A stretch of DNA of 64,000 nucleotides from Candidatus Zixiibacteriota bacterium (GTDB taxonomy: Bacteria > Zixibacteria > MSB-5A5 > GN15 > FEB-12), in the NCBI GenBank assembly GCA_024277795.1, contig JAJRUL010000152.1, positions 2,006 to 66,005 of the forward strand, read 5' to 3'. Made by a program: the position numbers and the translations under genes. Positions 46,471 through 55,311 of the stretch are shown in pieces. Each line of letters opens with the position of its first letter. The first letter of the stretch is position 1. A model generated the notes under the pieces. It made no database searches and was not told the origin of the DNA. It saw only the letters and a program-made list of their open reading frames with translations.

Positions 46471-49400
46471 TTGAAGATACAGCGGTTTTTCACTCGTGAA
46501 GGGGAGTCGCCGTACAGTCGCATTAATTTTGCCAAACGGTCATCCAAGATTGTTAATCCTGACGGTTCTACTGTTTTTGAGTTGGATAATATTGAAGTAC
46601 CTGAATCGTGGTCTCAGGTAGCAGTAGATATACTTGCACAGAAGTATTTTCGTAAGGCGGGTGTTCCACAATATGATACAAACGGTCAACCTGTTATTGA
46701 TGACAAGGGAGAGCAGGTAACAGGCTCAGAAACGGATTCCCGTCAGGTTTTTAATCGTATGGCGGGTTGTTGGAAGCACTGGGGTGAGCAGAACGGGTAT
46801 TTTGATACAGATGCCGATGCTCAAGCGTTTCATGATGAGTTGTGTTATATGCTTGCGGCCCAAATCGCTGCACCTAACTCACCTCAGTGGTTCAACACTG
46901 GGCTGAACTGGGCGTATGGAATCAATGGTGTTTCTCAGGGGCATTATTATGTCGACCCTGATACTCACAGATTGGAAAAGGCTTCTAGTGCGTATGAGCG
47001 ACCTCAGCCTCATGCTTGCTTCATTCAATCAGTTTCTGACGACTTAGTGAATGAGGGTGGTATTATGGATCTGTGGGTTCGTGAAGCTCGTTTATTTAAG
47101 TATGGTTCAGGGACCGGCTCTAATTTTTCATCAATTCGTGGGGCTGGTGAGAAACTTTCTGGTGGAGGGAATTCTTCTGGGTTGATGTCATTCCTTCGTA
47201 TTGGTGATCGTGCGGCGGGAGCAATCAAGTCTGGTGGGACAACACGTCGCGCGGCAAAGATGGTGACTCTTGATCTTGATCATCCTGATATTGAAGAATT
47301 CATAGCGTGGAAGGTTGTTGAGGAGCAAAAAGTAGCTGCTATGGTTGCAGGATCGCGTATGATTCGCCAGCAATTATCTGGTTTGGTCAATTCGGCACGT
47401 ATCTCAGGGAATAATGGTGATTCTGTTTATGAGACTGATCCGAATAAGAACAAAGAATTGAAATCCGCTATTCGTACTGCCCGTTCACTTGGTGTACCGA
47501 ACGAATATATCAAAAAAATTCTCGATCTTTGTTCTCAGGGAATTGGTGAAATAGAATTTATTTCTTTGGATACAAATTGGGAAGGGGAGGCATATTCTAC
47601 CGTTTCAGGACAGAACTCTAATAATTCTATAAGAATACCAAACAAGTTTTTTGAAGTACTGCGTGAGGGTGGAAAGTGGAATCTTGTCCAGCGTACTGAC
47701 GGAGCAACATTCAAGACCATAGATGCAAGTGAGTTGTGGGATAAAGTGTGTCATGCTGCTTGGGCATGTGCTGATCCGGGAGTGCAATTTGATACGACAA
47801 TTAATGAGTGGCATACCTGTGCTGCTGATGGACGAATCAATGCTTCGAATCCTTGTTCTGAGTATATGTTTCTTGATGATACTGCATGCAACTTAGCTTC
47901 AATCAATCTTGTGCGTTTTCTTTCAGATGATGACAAATTTGATTTGGTCGGGTATAAGCATGCGATTCGTTTGTGGACTGTTGTTTTGGAGATTTCAGTT
48001 CTGATGGCTTCTTATCCGTCTCCTCCTATCGCTCAACGCAGTTATGAATATCGGACGCTCGGTTTGGGTTATGCCAATCTTGGTACCATGCTTATGCGTC
48101 TTGGTATTCCGTATGATTCTAATGAGGCGTATACATGGTGTGGAGCGTTGACATCTATTCTGACCGGGCAAGCGTATGTCACATCTGCTGAGATGGCACG
48201 TGAGCACGGCCCTTTTCCGACATATTTCCGTAATAGAGATCATATGCTGAGAGTAATGCGAAATCATCGCCGAGCGGCCTACAACGCTGACAAATCAGAG
48301 TATGAGAATTTGACAATCAAGCCGACTGGGATCAATGCGAACTATATTCCTGAAGAGGTTGTAACATCAGCTCGTAAGGTATGGGATGAAGCGGTGGAAG
48401 CTGGAGAGGTACATGGGTATCGAAATGCTCAAGTATCTGTTATTGCACCGACGGGTACAATCGGTTTAGTGATGGATTGTGATACGACAGGTATCGAGCC
48501 TGATTTTGCTTTAGTTAAGTTCAAAAAGTTAGCGGGTGGCGGATATTTCAAGATTATCAATAATTCTGTTCCTATTGCTCTGAAAAAGTTGGGATATGAT
48601 GACAAGCAGTCTGAAGAGATTATCAGATATGCAACAGGAAGTAAGACTCTGAAGAAGGCTCCTTTTATTAACCATGAATCGCTTTTAGCTAAAGGTTTCA
48701 CAGAGGAAGAGCTTAATAAGATTGAGATCGCCATTGAGAATGCGTTTGATATTACATTCGTATTTAACCGACATGTTCTTGGTGATGAATTCCTGATCGA
48801 GACACTTGGTTTTTCCAAGGTTGCTATTGATGATTGGAATTTCAATCTTTTGCGTGAGCTCGGTTTTACTAAAGATCAAATCGAAGCGGCAAATCTGTTC
48901 TGCTGTGGTACTATGACTGTTGAGGGTGCTCCTCATTTGGAAGAGAAGCATTTGTCTGTTTTCGACTGTGCGAACCGTTGCGGAAAAAGTGGTAAGCGAT
49001 TTATTCATTATGAATCACATATTAAGATGATGGGCGCGGCCCAACCGTTTATTAGTGGTGCTATTTCTAAGACAATAAATATGCCTGCTGAAGCGACAAT
49101 TGATGATGTCAAGCGTGCGTATCGTTTGGCTTGGGAGACAATGAATAAAGCGATTGCGATTTATCGCGATGGATCGAAGTTGAGTCAGCCATTGAACTCT
49201 TCATTGATTGATGATGATGAAGATGATACTTCAATGTCAGTTGAAAAAGTTGCAGAGAAAATGGCTGAGAAAGTCGTCTATCGTTACATTGCCAAGCGTC
49301 GCAAGCTTCCACATCGTCGCGGGGGGTATACACAAAAGGCTGTTGTTGGTGGTCACAAGATTTATTTACGGACGGGTGAGTACTCCGATGGCTCACTAGG

Positions 49401-50109
49401 TGAGATTTTCCTTGATATGCATCGTGAAGGTGCTGCTTTCAGGGCATTGATGAACTCGTTTGCAATTGCAATCTCACTTGGTTTGCAACATGGTGTTCCT
49501 CTTGAAGAGTATATAGAGGCATTTCTCTTTAGCCGTTTTGAGCCGAATGGCATGGTACAAGGGAACCGTGCAATCAAGCGTGCAACGTCAATTATAGATT
49601 ATATTTTCCGTGAACTGGCGATCACCTATCTCGATCGGAACGATCTTGCTCATGTGAGTGAAGAAGATCTTAGGCATGATGCGCTTGGTTCGCCTTCAGA
49701 TGAAACAGTTGAGTATGAAGAAGAAGAAGCGGTTAGTCATGGAATCAATGGCAGTCGCGGATATGATGACATTCAATCGGATCACGTCAGTCGTTTGAAG
49801 GATTCAAACATGACTGACGGCAATGGAAGCAATGGTAATCCAGGAGGAAATGGCCATGGTGGGACGATTCAGGTTGAGGCTACAAATGCGACAACTGCTC
49901 AAAAAGAGACGGTGCTTGAGTATGTCGCAACGGCAACAACAGTTGGCGAAAACCGTATTAGTGGCCAACAACTCAAGCATGAAATCCGAACGGCAAGATT
50001 GATGGGATATGAGGGAGATATGTGTGGGGAATGCGGACAGTTTACTATGGTACGCAATGGTACATGTCTCAAGTGTGATACCTGCGGAGCGACCTCAGGC
50101 TGTTCCTAG
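46471..50109 (+). CDS. nrdJ: class II (adenosylcobalamin-dependent) ribonucleoside-di/triphosphate reductase
   Basis: The TTG start is preceded by GGGAGG (46459-46464). Motifs are the N-terminus FTREGESPY...[16 protein letters not shown], the thiyl-radical loop [16 protein letters not shown], and [21 protein letters not shown]. The C-terminus has the zinc ribbon CGECGQ...CLKCDTCG and a terminal SGCS. A low-complexity Asp/Gly/Asn insert lies near the C-terminus. I saw no intein motifs. Confidence 0.95.
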   Translation: MKIQRFFTREGESPYSRINFAKRSSKIVNPDGSTVFELDNIEVPESWSQVAVDILAQKYFRKAGVPQYDTNGQPVIDDKGEQVTGSETDSRQVFNRMAGCWKHWGEQNGYFDTDADAQAFHDELCYMLAAQIAAPNSPQWFNTGLNWAYGINGVSQGHYYVDPDTHRLEKASSAYERPQPHACFIQSVSDDLVNEGGIMDLWVREARLFKYGSGTGSNFSSIRGAGEKLSGGGNSSGLMSFLRIGDRAAGAIKSGGTTRRAAKMVTLDLDHPDIEEFIAWKVVEEQKVAAMVAGSRMIRQQLSGLVNSARISGNNGDSVYETDPNKNKELKSAIRTARSLGVPNEYIKKILDLCSQGIGEIEFISLDTNWEGEAYSTVSGQNSNNSIRIPNKFFEVLREGGKWNLVQRTDGATFKTIDASELWDKVCHAAWACADPGVQFDTTINEWHTCAADGRINASNPCSEYMFLDDTACNLASINLVRFLSDDDKFDLVGYKHAIRLWTVVLEISVLMASYPSPPIAQRSYEYRTLGLGYANLGTMLMRLGIPYDSNEAYTWCGALTSILTGQAYVTSAEMAREHGPFPTYFRNRDHMLRVMRNHRRAAYNADKSEYENLTIKPTGINANYIPEEVVTSARKVWDEAVEAGEVHGYRNAQVSVIAPTGTIGLVMDCDTTGIEPDFALVKFKKLAGGGYFKIINNSVPIALKKLGYDDKQSEEIIRYATGSKTLKKAPFINHESLLAKGFTEEELNKIEIAIENAFDITFVFNRHVLGDEFLIETLGFSKVAIDDWNFNLLRELGFTKDQIEAANLFCCGTMTVEGAPHLEEKHLSVFDCANRCGKSGKRFIHYESHIKMMGAAQPFISGAISKTINMPAEATIDDVKRAYRLAWETMNKAIAIYRDGSKLSQPLNSSLIDDDEDDTSMSVEKVAEKMAEKVVYRYIAKRRKLPHRRGGYTQKAVVGGHKIYLRTGEYSDGSLGEIFLDMHREGAAFRALMNSFAIAISLGLQHGVPLEEYIEAFLFSRFEPNGMVQGNRAIKRATSIIDYIFRELAITYLDRNDLAHVSEEDLRHDALGSPSDETVEYEEEEAVSHGINGSRGYDDIQSDHVSRLKDSNMTDGNGSNGNPGGNGHGGTIQVEATNATTAQKETVLEYVATATTVGENRISGQQLKHEIRTARLMGYEGDMCGECGQFTMVRNGTCLKCDTCGATSGCS

Positions 50110-50305
50110 GCGCATTACGCCTTTTATGCGCTTCCGCGCGCACGCATTGCGTGTTTTGCAAAGTGACTAAGCGGGAGTGTAAAAGTGTTAATGACACCCT
50201 GTGAGAGACGGAACTCTTGCGGGTCATCGGGATAGACGTATTGTGAAGAAAACGTGCATTGTTGTTTAGACCACGCAGTGTGCGCTTTCAAGGAAGAAAG
50301 AGGTG

Positions 50306-50336
50306 GCGGGTCGCTGATCTTTGATCGGTGATCCGC
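50306..50336 (+). terminator. strand-specific 14-bp hairpin downstream of nrdJ (possible terminator or processing site)
   Basis: GCGGGTCGCTGATC-ttt-GATCGGTGATCCGC. All three non-Watson-Crick positions are G-U only in the + strand RNA. The downstream U-tract is weak (TACTGCATTTT). Confidence 0.4.
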
Positions 50337-50636
50337 TACTGCATTTTAGGCAAGTAGTTAGTGGAGTGATAGTAATTTCGTTATCTATACAGCAGAGCAT
50401 AATACACTCCGTTTGCAATGATAAGATTCACTATTATGACGGTTCGAAGACGAAACTTTGAATTGTTGGACGATGGTAAAGCTCCCAAGTAACATTGATT
50501 CAGCACAATGAAGAGAATAAAAAGTAGATCAGTTTTCTGTCGTGACCTGTCCACTTGAGGACATGCGAATCAGGTAATCTATCAAATATAATGTAATGAA
50601 GTAATGGCGCAAAGACTCCGACAATATAGAGAAATC

Positions 50637-50664
50637 TTGACCATTTTGAGAAGTCTGGTATATT
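50637..50664 (+). promoter_or_regulatory. sigma70-like promoter TTGACC-N16-TATATT abutting the start codon (possible leaderless mRNA)
   Basis: TTGACC is at 50637-50642 and TATATT at 50659-50664. The ATGs at 50667 and 50673 lie 2 and 8 nt after the -10 element. There is no Shine-Dalgarno sequence. Confidence 0.4.
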
Positions 50665-50666
50665 AG

Positions 50667-52682
50667 ATGCATATGCGCCGATTGATTCTTTTACTCCTTC
50701 TGACAGGCGTGACCTTATCAGCTCAGGCTCAGTACATTCGTCATTTTGACCCATGGCCTGTGATCGTGAATGGGGACACACTGCAATCACCCTTTTTAGG
50801 CGGGTTCAATAGCCCGAAACCTTCATTAGTCGATTTCAACGGCGATGGACTCGTTGATCTGTTCATTGGTGAGCCAAAAGGGCGACTATGGTATTTTGAG
50901 AATACAGGAACTGCTTTTCAACCGATCTGGTCACCGAAGATAGAGAGGCTTGGTGGAGTTGATATAGGCACATGGCATAGGTTGGTAGATATTGATGCGG
51001 ATGGGGATCTTGATCTTTTTTCGGACTCGAAGTTTTCAGGTGTGAATTTTTATAGGCATGATAGTGGGGTTGGTGCCTTAGCTCAATTTTCATTAGTTGA
51101 TACAAGTTTTGGCAACTTTGCAACAGGATTCAACAATACACCTGACTTTGCTGATATTGATGGTGATGGTGATCTTGATTTCTTTTTCGGAGCAACAAGC
51201 GGTGCACTTGACTTTTATCGCAATATTGGGGACTCGGCCAATCCATTGTTTGTCTTTGAAAATGATTACTATGACAGTATCCTAGCGTTTCCAGGTGGCG
51301 GAGCGAAAACAGCAAGGCCGAATCATGGTTTTTCGTGCATCTATTTTGTCGATCTTGATAGTGATACCGATATTGATCTTTTCTACGGTGACATTTTCAA
51401 TAGCAATATCTATTATTTTGAGAATCTTGGTGATCCCTTTGTTTCTGATTTGTCATGGGTAAGTGAGACATATCTATCTCAGTCAACTTTCGGCTTCAAC
51501 CATGCAACCCTTTATGATATTGATAATGATGCTGACCCAGATATGGTTGTTGGGTCAGCTAATGCGGCAAATATCGACAATCTGTTTCTTTGGCGTAATA
51601 ATGGCACACCACAAGTACCCGATCTCGTTTTGGAAACAAACAATTTGATTAAGACAATTGATGTTGGTAGTTATTCAATGCCTGCTTTGGGTGACCTTGA
51701 TGGTGATTTTGATTTGGATTTGATTATTGGGGGGGAAGATGGACGCTTGACATATTATCAAAATGTTGGAGATCGTTTCAATCCGTCTTTCGAGTTTGTG
51801 ACAGATTTTTTTGAGTTTATCGATGTTGGGTTGAGTTCATTTCCTGTATTGGTTGATTGGGATAATGATAGTGATTCTGATTTATTGGTTGGAACAGGAA
51901 GTGGTCGTATACAGTTATGGCGCAATGATGGTACAGCAACAGCGTTTAGTTTTGTACTTGCCGATCTGCAAGTCGCAGGTATTAAAGTTGATCAATGGGT
52001 AGTTCCGAGGGTTGTCGATCTCAATGATGACGGTTTGTTTGATCTGGTTGTAGGGGAGTGGGATTTCAATTCTAAAGCGAATCTATCTTTGTATGAAAAC
52101 AACGGTACATATTCAACACCATCATTTTCATTAGTCCATTCGGCAATGCTTGAGATTATCACTCGTGAGTTTACGTTACCGCAGTTTACCGATTGGAATA
52201 ATGATGGTCGTATCGACTTAATTCTTGCAGGTCATGGTGACGGTCATAGGTTGTATTTGAATAGCACTCCGACAGGTAGTTTCCCTGATTCACTTACCCT
52301 GATCTTACAGGCCGACAGTATAGCAGGTTGGGATGACGGTGCATATTTATCTTCGCTTTTCGCTGATATTGATTCTGATAATGATAATGATCTCATTATC
52401 GGTGAGGAAAATGGCGGGCTGAATTTCTATGAGATGCCCGGTGTATGTTGTGTTGGTTTTCGTGGCAATGTTGACGCAGACAGTTTTGATGATGTGAATG
52501 TAAATGACTTAACTTTCCTTATCAATTTTCTCTTTAAGGGTGGAAATGCTCCATCTTGTTGGAGAGAGGGAAATGTTGACGGTGATCTTGACGAAGCGAT
52601 TAATGTTGTAGATGTGACTATGCTTGTCTCTTATCTATTTAAGGGATTGCCGAGCTTACCTGACTGTCCTTCTGTTTTTTGA
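50667..52682 (+). CDS. secreted FG-GAP/VCBS-repeat beta-propeller protein with a C-terminal dockerin-like twin repeat
   Basis: Signal peptide (MHM)RRLILLLLLTGVTLSAQA. It has many Ca-binding FG-GAP repeats (DFNGDGLVDLF, DIDADGDLDLF, DIDGDGDLDFFFG, DLDGDFDLDLIIG, DWDNDSDSDLLVG ...). The tail from 52446 reads CCVGFRGNVD...DLTFLINFLFKGGNAPSC...GNVDGD...VDVTMLVSYLFKG..PDC. Confidence 0.88.
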   Translation: MHMRRLILLLLLTGVTLSAQAQYIRHFDPWPVIVNGDTLQSPFLGGFNSPKPSLVDFNGDGLVDLFIGEPKGRLWYFENTGTAFQPIWSPKIERLGGVDIGTWHRLVDIDADGDLDLFSDSKFSGVNFYRHDSGVGALAQFSLVDTSFGNFATGFNNTPDFADIDGDGDLDFFFGATSGALDFYRNIGDSANPLFVFENDYYDSILAFPGGGAKTARPNHGFSCIYFVDLDSDTDIDLFYGDIFNSNIYYFENLGDPFVSDLSWVSETYLSQSTFGFNHATLYDIDNDADPDMVVGSANAANIDNLFLWRNNGTPQVPDLVLETNNLIKTIDVGSYSMPALGDLDGDFDLDLIIGGEDGRLTYYQNVGDRFNPSFEFVTDFFEFIDVGLSSFPVLVDWDNDSDSDLLVGTGSGRIQLWRNDGTATAFSFVLADLQVAGIKVDQWVVPRVVDLNDDGLFDLVVGEWDFNSKANLSLYENNGTYSTPSFSLVHSAMLEIITREFTLPQFTDWNNDGRIDLILAGHGDGHRLYLNSTPTGSFPDSLTLILQADSIAGWDDGAYLSSLFADIDSDNDNDLIIGEENGGLNFYEMPGVCCVGFRGNVDADSFDDVNVNDLTFLINFLFKGGNAPSCWREGNVDGDLDEAINVVDVTMLVSYLFKGLPSLPDCPSVF

Positions 52683-52841
52683 ACTAAGTTTGACTTTTTC
52701 AGTAGTGAATTGTTGCAGGTGCGTGAGTGGACAGGTCGTTACTGCTAACTGGCTTTTGTTGATATGAACGATAGAATATATATTTAGCAGTTTCAAAGAC
52801 TGAATAAGAGCCCACCAGTCGATCTCTTTCGATGTGAAGTA

Positions 52842-52868
52842 GAGATTGCTTCGCTTCGTTTGCAATGA
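52842..52868 (+). repeat. short hairpin repeat R1, copy 2
   Basis: GAGATTGCTTCGCTTCGTTTGCAATGA is 26/27 identical to 35131-35157. Confidence 0.7.
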
Positions 52869-52915
52869 CTCCTGTAGTTTCGACAATATGACAAGGTAAA
52901 TAAATGCCTGAAGAG

Positions 52916-52941
52916 TCAGGAGCACAGGGCTCCTGACCTAC
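52916..52941 (-). repeat. short GC-rich hairpin repeat R2, copy 2 (inverted)
   Basis: TCAGGAGC-acagg-GCTCCTGA forms a hairpin followed by CCTAC. The reverse complement shares GTAGGTCAGGAG with 34829-34840. Confidence 0.55.
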
Positions 52942-52957
52942 GAAGAATAGATAATAC

Positions 52958-52992
52958 GTCATCGGGAGGAGCGATAGCGACGTGGCGATCAC
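52958..52992 (-). repeat. degenerate inverted R1-like element
   Basis: GTCATCGGGAGGAGCGATAGCGACGTGGCGATCAC. Its reverse complement has the GA(G/T)AT(T/C)GC...GATGAC frame of R1. Confidence 0.35.
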
Positions 52993-53007
52993 GTTAGATG
53001 TACGGGA

Positions 53008-53030
53008 GAGATTGCTTTGCCTGCAATGAC
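53008..53030 (+). repeat. short R1 variant (GAGATTGCTTTGCCTGCAATGAC)
   Basis: It has the same GAGATTGC...GCAATGA arms as R1 with a shortened loop. Confidence 0.55.
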
Positions 53031-53088
53031 CAAATTACCTACGGTTGAATCTTGCTATGCTTTTGTAGTATCGCTGATCAGCGTCCGT

Positions 53089-53102
53089 TTGCGGACCTGC
53101 GA
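53089..53102 (+). repeat. short GC-rich repeat R3, copy 2
   Basis: TTGCGGACCTGCGA is identical to 33271-33284. Confidence 0.5.
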
Positions 53103-53229
53103 ATCTGTATGCGCAAAAACTGCGTTTCTCTTTGGTTGCGTTTCTCACAAAAAGAAGGATAAAATGAACTTTTTTTGTCAATATGTCGTTTATATGGAGT
53201 AGGAAGATCTCACAAGATCTCTTTAGTAA

Positions 53230-53257
53230 TTGACAAATCGATAAAACATAGTATCAT
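53230..53257 (+). promoter_or_regulatory. sigma70-like promoter TTGACA-N16-TATCAT
   Basis: TTGACA is at 53230-53235 and TATCAT at 53252-53257. It sits ~75 nt upstream of ATG 53333, which has AGAGG 7 nt upstream. Confidence 0.5.
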
Positions 53258-53332
53258 GGATTGAATAAGTTGATTATTACTCCATATTGTTCAGTAGAAA
53301 CAAATCAATAGATTATATATAGAGGCCTCTTT

Positions 53333-55201
53333 ATGACACGGAATTCGTTCGTTTTGTCTGTTCTCATGTTGTTATCAATCATGGTCATTTCGACTGCGCT
53401 TGTCGCTGTACCGCTTAGTGTACTTGAAGATCCAAATAACCCATTGAGTCAGGAAACTCCACGTATTGGAGATATTAATTTATCCACCGATTTTACCGGG
53501 CTTTCGGGTGTTGCTTACAAGCCGGGAGATACTGCACATCTTTTATGTGATGTCGCTACATTCAGCTTTGGGACGTTTGGAGGTTCTGACTGTTGGGGTT
53601 GGGAAGGGCCTGACGGGACTGAATATGCATTTATGGGAGTTGTTGATGGTATTGCTGTGGTTAATGCAACCACACTTCAATACATACAAACTATTCCTGG
53701 TCCTGAAAACGGGTGTGGTGGAGCAAGGTGGAGGGATATGATGTCATATCAGCATTATCTTTACAGCGTTTCTGAGTGTAGCGGGACTAATCAGGGGCTT
53801 ATTGTTACAGATTTGCAATACCTCCCAGATTCTGTTCATGTAGTGGGTACATTTCCAATCTCGGTACCAGGGAATTATACATCGCACAATCTCTGTGTCG
53901 ATACAGTGAATGGGTTTATTTATATTGAGGGGTACGGAGCGACAAATCTTTCAGTGCATATTCTCTCTTTAGCAAATCCAGAATCTCCTGTATACTTAAA
54001 TTCATTCGGTCCATCGAATATCCATGATGTATATGCTATACGAGACACTGTATTTTTAGCTGAAGGCACGAACCCGAGTTGGTCAATGTGGGACTTAACT
54101 ATCAAAACGAGCCCGCAGTTGCTCAAACGGGTTAACATACCTGGCTCAGGATATATGCATAATATTTGGCCGACTCCAGATTTGAATTATGTTGTGACTA
54201 CAGAAGAAACGAGCAACAAGACAGTAAAGATTTGGGATATCAACGATCTTAATAATGTTCAGTTGTTAGGTCAGTATCTTGCTTCTAGTGGTTTGGCCCA
54301 TAATGCACAACTTGTTGGTGATACTCTTTATTTGTCTCACTATGAATCCGGTATTGTCGAAGTAGATATATCTGATAAAAACAATCCTGTGGAGATAGGT
54401 TCTTTTGATACGTTTGCATCAGAGACTCCAAACTTTAATGGTGCGTGGGGGGTATTCCCGCATACATCAACGGGTCGTGTATACGGTTCCAATATGGATG
54501 GGACGTTGTTTATCCTTAACAAGATGGAGATCGCACTTGCTGATACTATGTGGATCGATGAAGTTGTCGGCGTGCCAGGCGGGTTGGTCAAGGTAACGGT
54601 TTCAGTTAGTAATACATTACCGTTGCAAAAAATCACGATACCAATTAATTGGGCTGGTCCTCTCAATATGACCTTGAATTCAGTTACCCGTTTTGGTACT
54701 CGTACAGATTACTTCCTTGAACATGATACTGTTGTATATAGTCCTGGGATTGGGAAGATGGCGTTTACTCTCTCTCCTTCTGCTGATGGCAGTCAGCCGG
54801 ATCTTCCCCCTGGGTCTGGACCTGTGATGGCGCTTTGGTTTCAGATACCACCCGGTGCACCAGATACGATAAATCCTGTGACGTTGAATACGATCATCAC
54901 ACATGATGCGGTACTGAGCCATGAATGTATTACGTACGTACCCGATACTATTTCAGGTGCTGTGATGACTGGCAGTTTCTGTTGTATTGGCAATCGTGGC
55001 AATGTTGATGATGATTCCCTTGATGATGTGAATGTTAATGATTTGACAGTCTTGGTTGAATATCTGTTTAAGGGTGGACCTACTCCCGCATGTCCTGAAG
55101 AAGCAAACATTAATGGTATCGGTAGTATACTCGTTGATGATTTGACTTACTTAGTTAACTATCTTTTCAAGAGTGGTCTGATCCCGCCAGCCTGTAACTA
55201 G
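53333..55201 (+). CDS. secreted LVIVD-repeat / choice-of-anchor-B-like beta-propeller protein with a C-terminal dockerin-like twin repeat
   Basis: It has a signal/anchor helix. SDCWGWEGPDGTEYAFMGVVDGIAVVN and the repeated G(L/I)(I/V)V(T/E)D(L/I) motifs fit the LVIVD propeller type. The tail from 54980 reads CCIGNRGNVD...DLTVLVEYLFKGGPTPAC...VDDLTYLVNYLFKSG..PPAC. Confidence 0.75.
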   Translation: MTRNSFVLSVLMLLSIMVISTALVAVPLSVLEDPNNPLSQETPRIGDINLSTDFTGLSGVAYKPGDTAHLLCDVATFSFGTFGGSDCWGWEGPDGTEYAFMGVVDGIAVVNATTLQYIQTIPGPENGCGGARWRDMMSYQHYLYSVSECSGTNQGLIVTDLQYLPDSVHVVGTFPISVPGNYTSHNLCVDTVNGFIYIEGYGATNLSVHILSLANPESPVYLNSFGPSNIHDVYAIRDTVFLAEGTNPSWSMWDLTIKTSPQLLKRVNIPGSGYMHNIWPTPDLNYVVTTEETSNKTVKIWDINDLNNVQLLGQYLASSGLAHNAQLVGDTLYLSHYESGIVEVDISDKNNPVEIGSFDTFASETPNFNGAWGVFPHTSTGRVYGSNMDGTLFILNKMEIALADTMWIDEVVGVPGGLVKVTVSVSNTLPLQKITIPINWAGPLNMTLNSVTRFGTRTDYFLEHDTVVYSPGIGKMAFTLSPSADGSQPDLPPGSGPVMALWFQIPPGAPDTINPVTLNTIITHDAVLSHECITYVPDTISGAVMTGSFCCIGNRGNVDDDSLDDVNVNDLTVLVEYLFKGGPTPACPEEANINGIGSILVDDLTYLVNYLFKSGLIPPACN

Positions 55202-55253
55202 GTATTGATATTTTATTATTGAGTGTTTTGCTCAGGTGAGTTGGTACATATAT

Positions 55254-55290
55254 AAAACCCCGATTGCTATATGAAATCGGGGTTTTTTGT
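55254..55290. terminator. bidirectional rho-independent terminator
   Basis: AAAACCCCGATT-(9 nt)-AATCGGGGTTTTTT has an A-tract upstream and a T-tract downstream. It lies between convergent genes. Confidence 0.85.
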
Positions 55291-55311
55291 ATCAGTAACA
55301 GCTTATGCTGT

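Noticed and set aside
46471-50109. Intein inside the unusually long NrdJ
   Set aside because: The catalytic blocks are contiguous. I found no Cys/Ser-initiated insertion with TxxH and terminal HN(C/S/T) motifs. The extra length comes from a low-complexity acidic/Gly-Asn linker and the known C-terminal zinc-ribbon tail.
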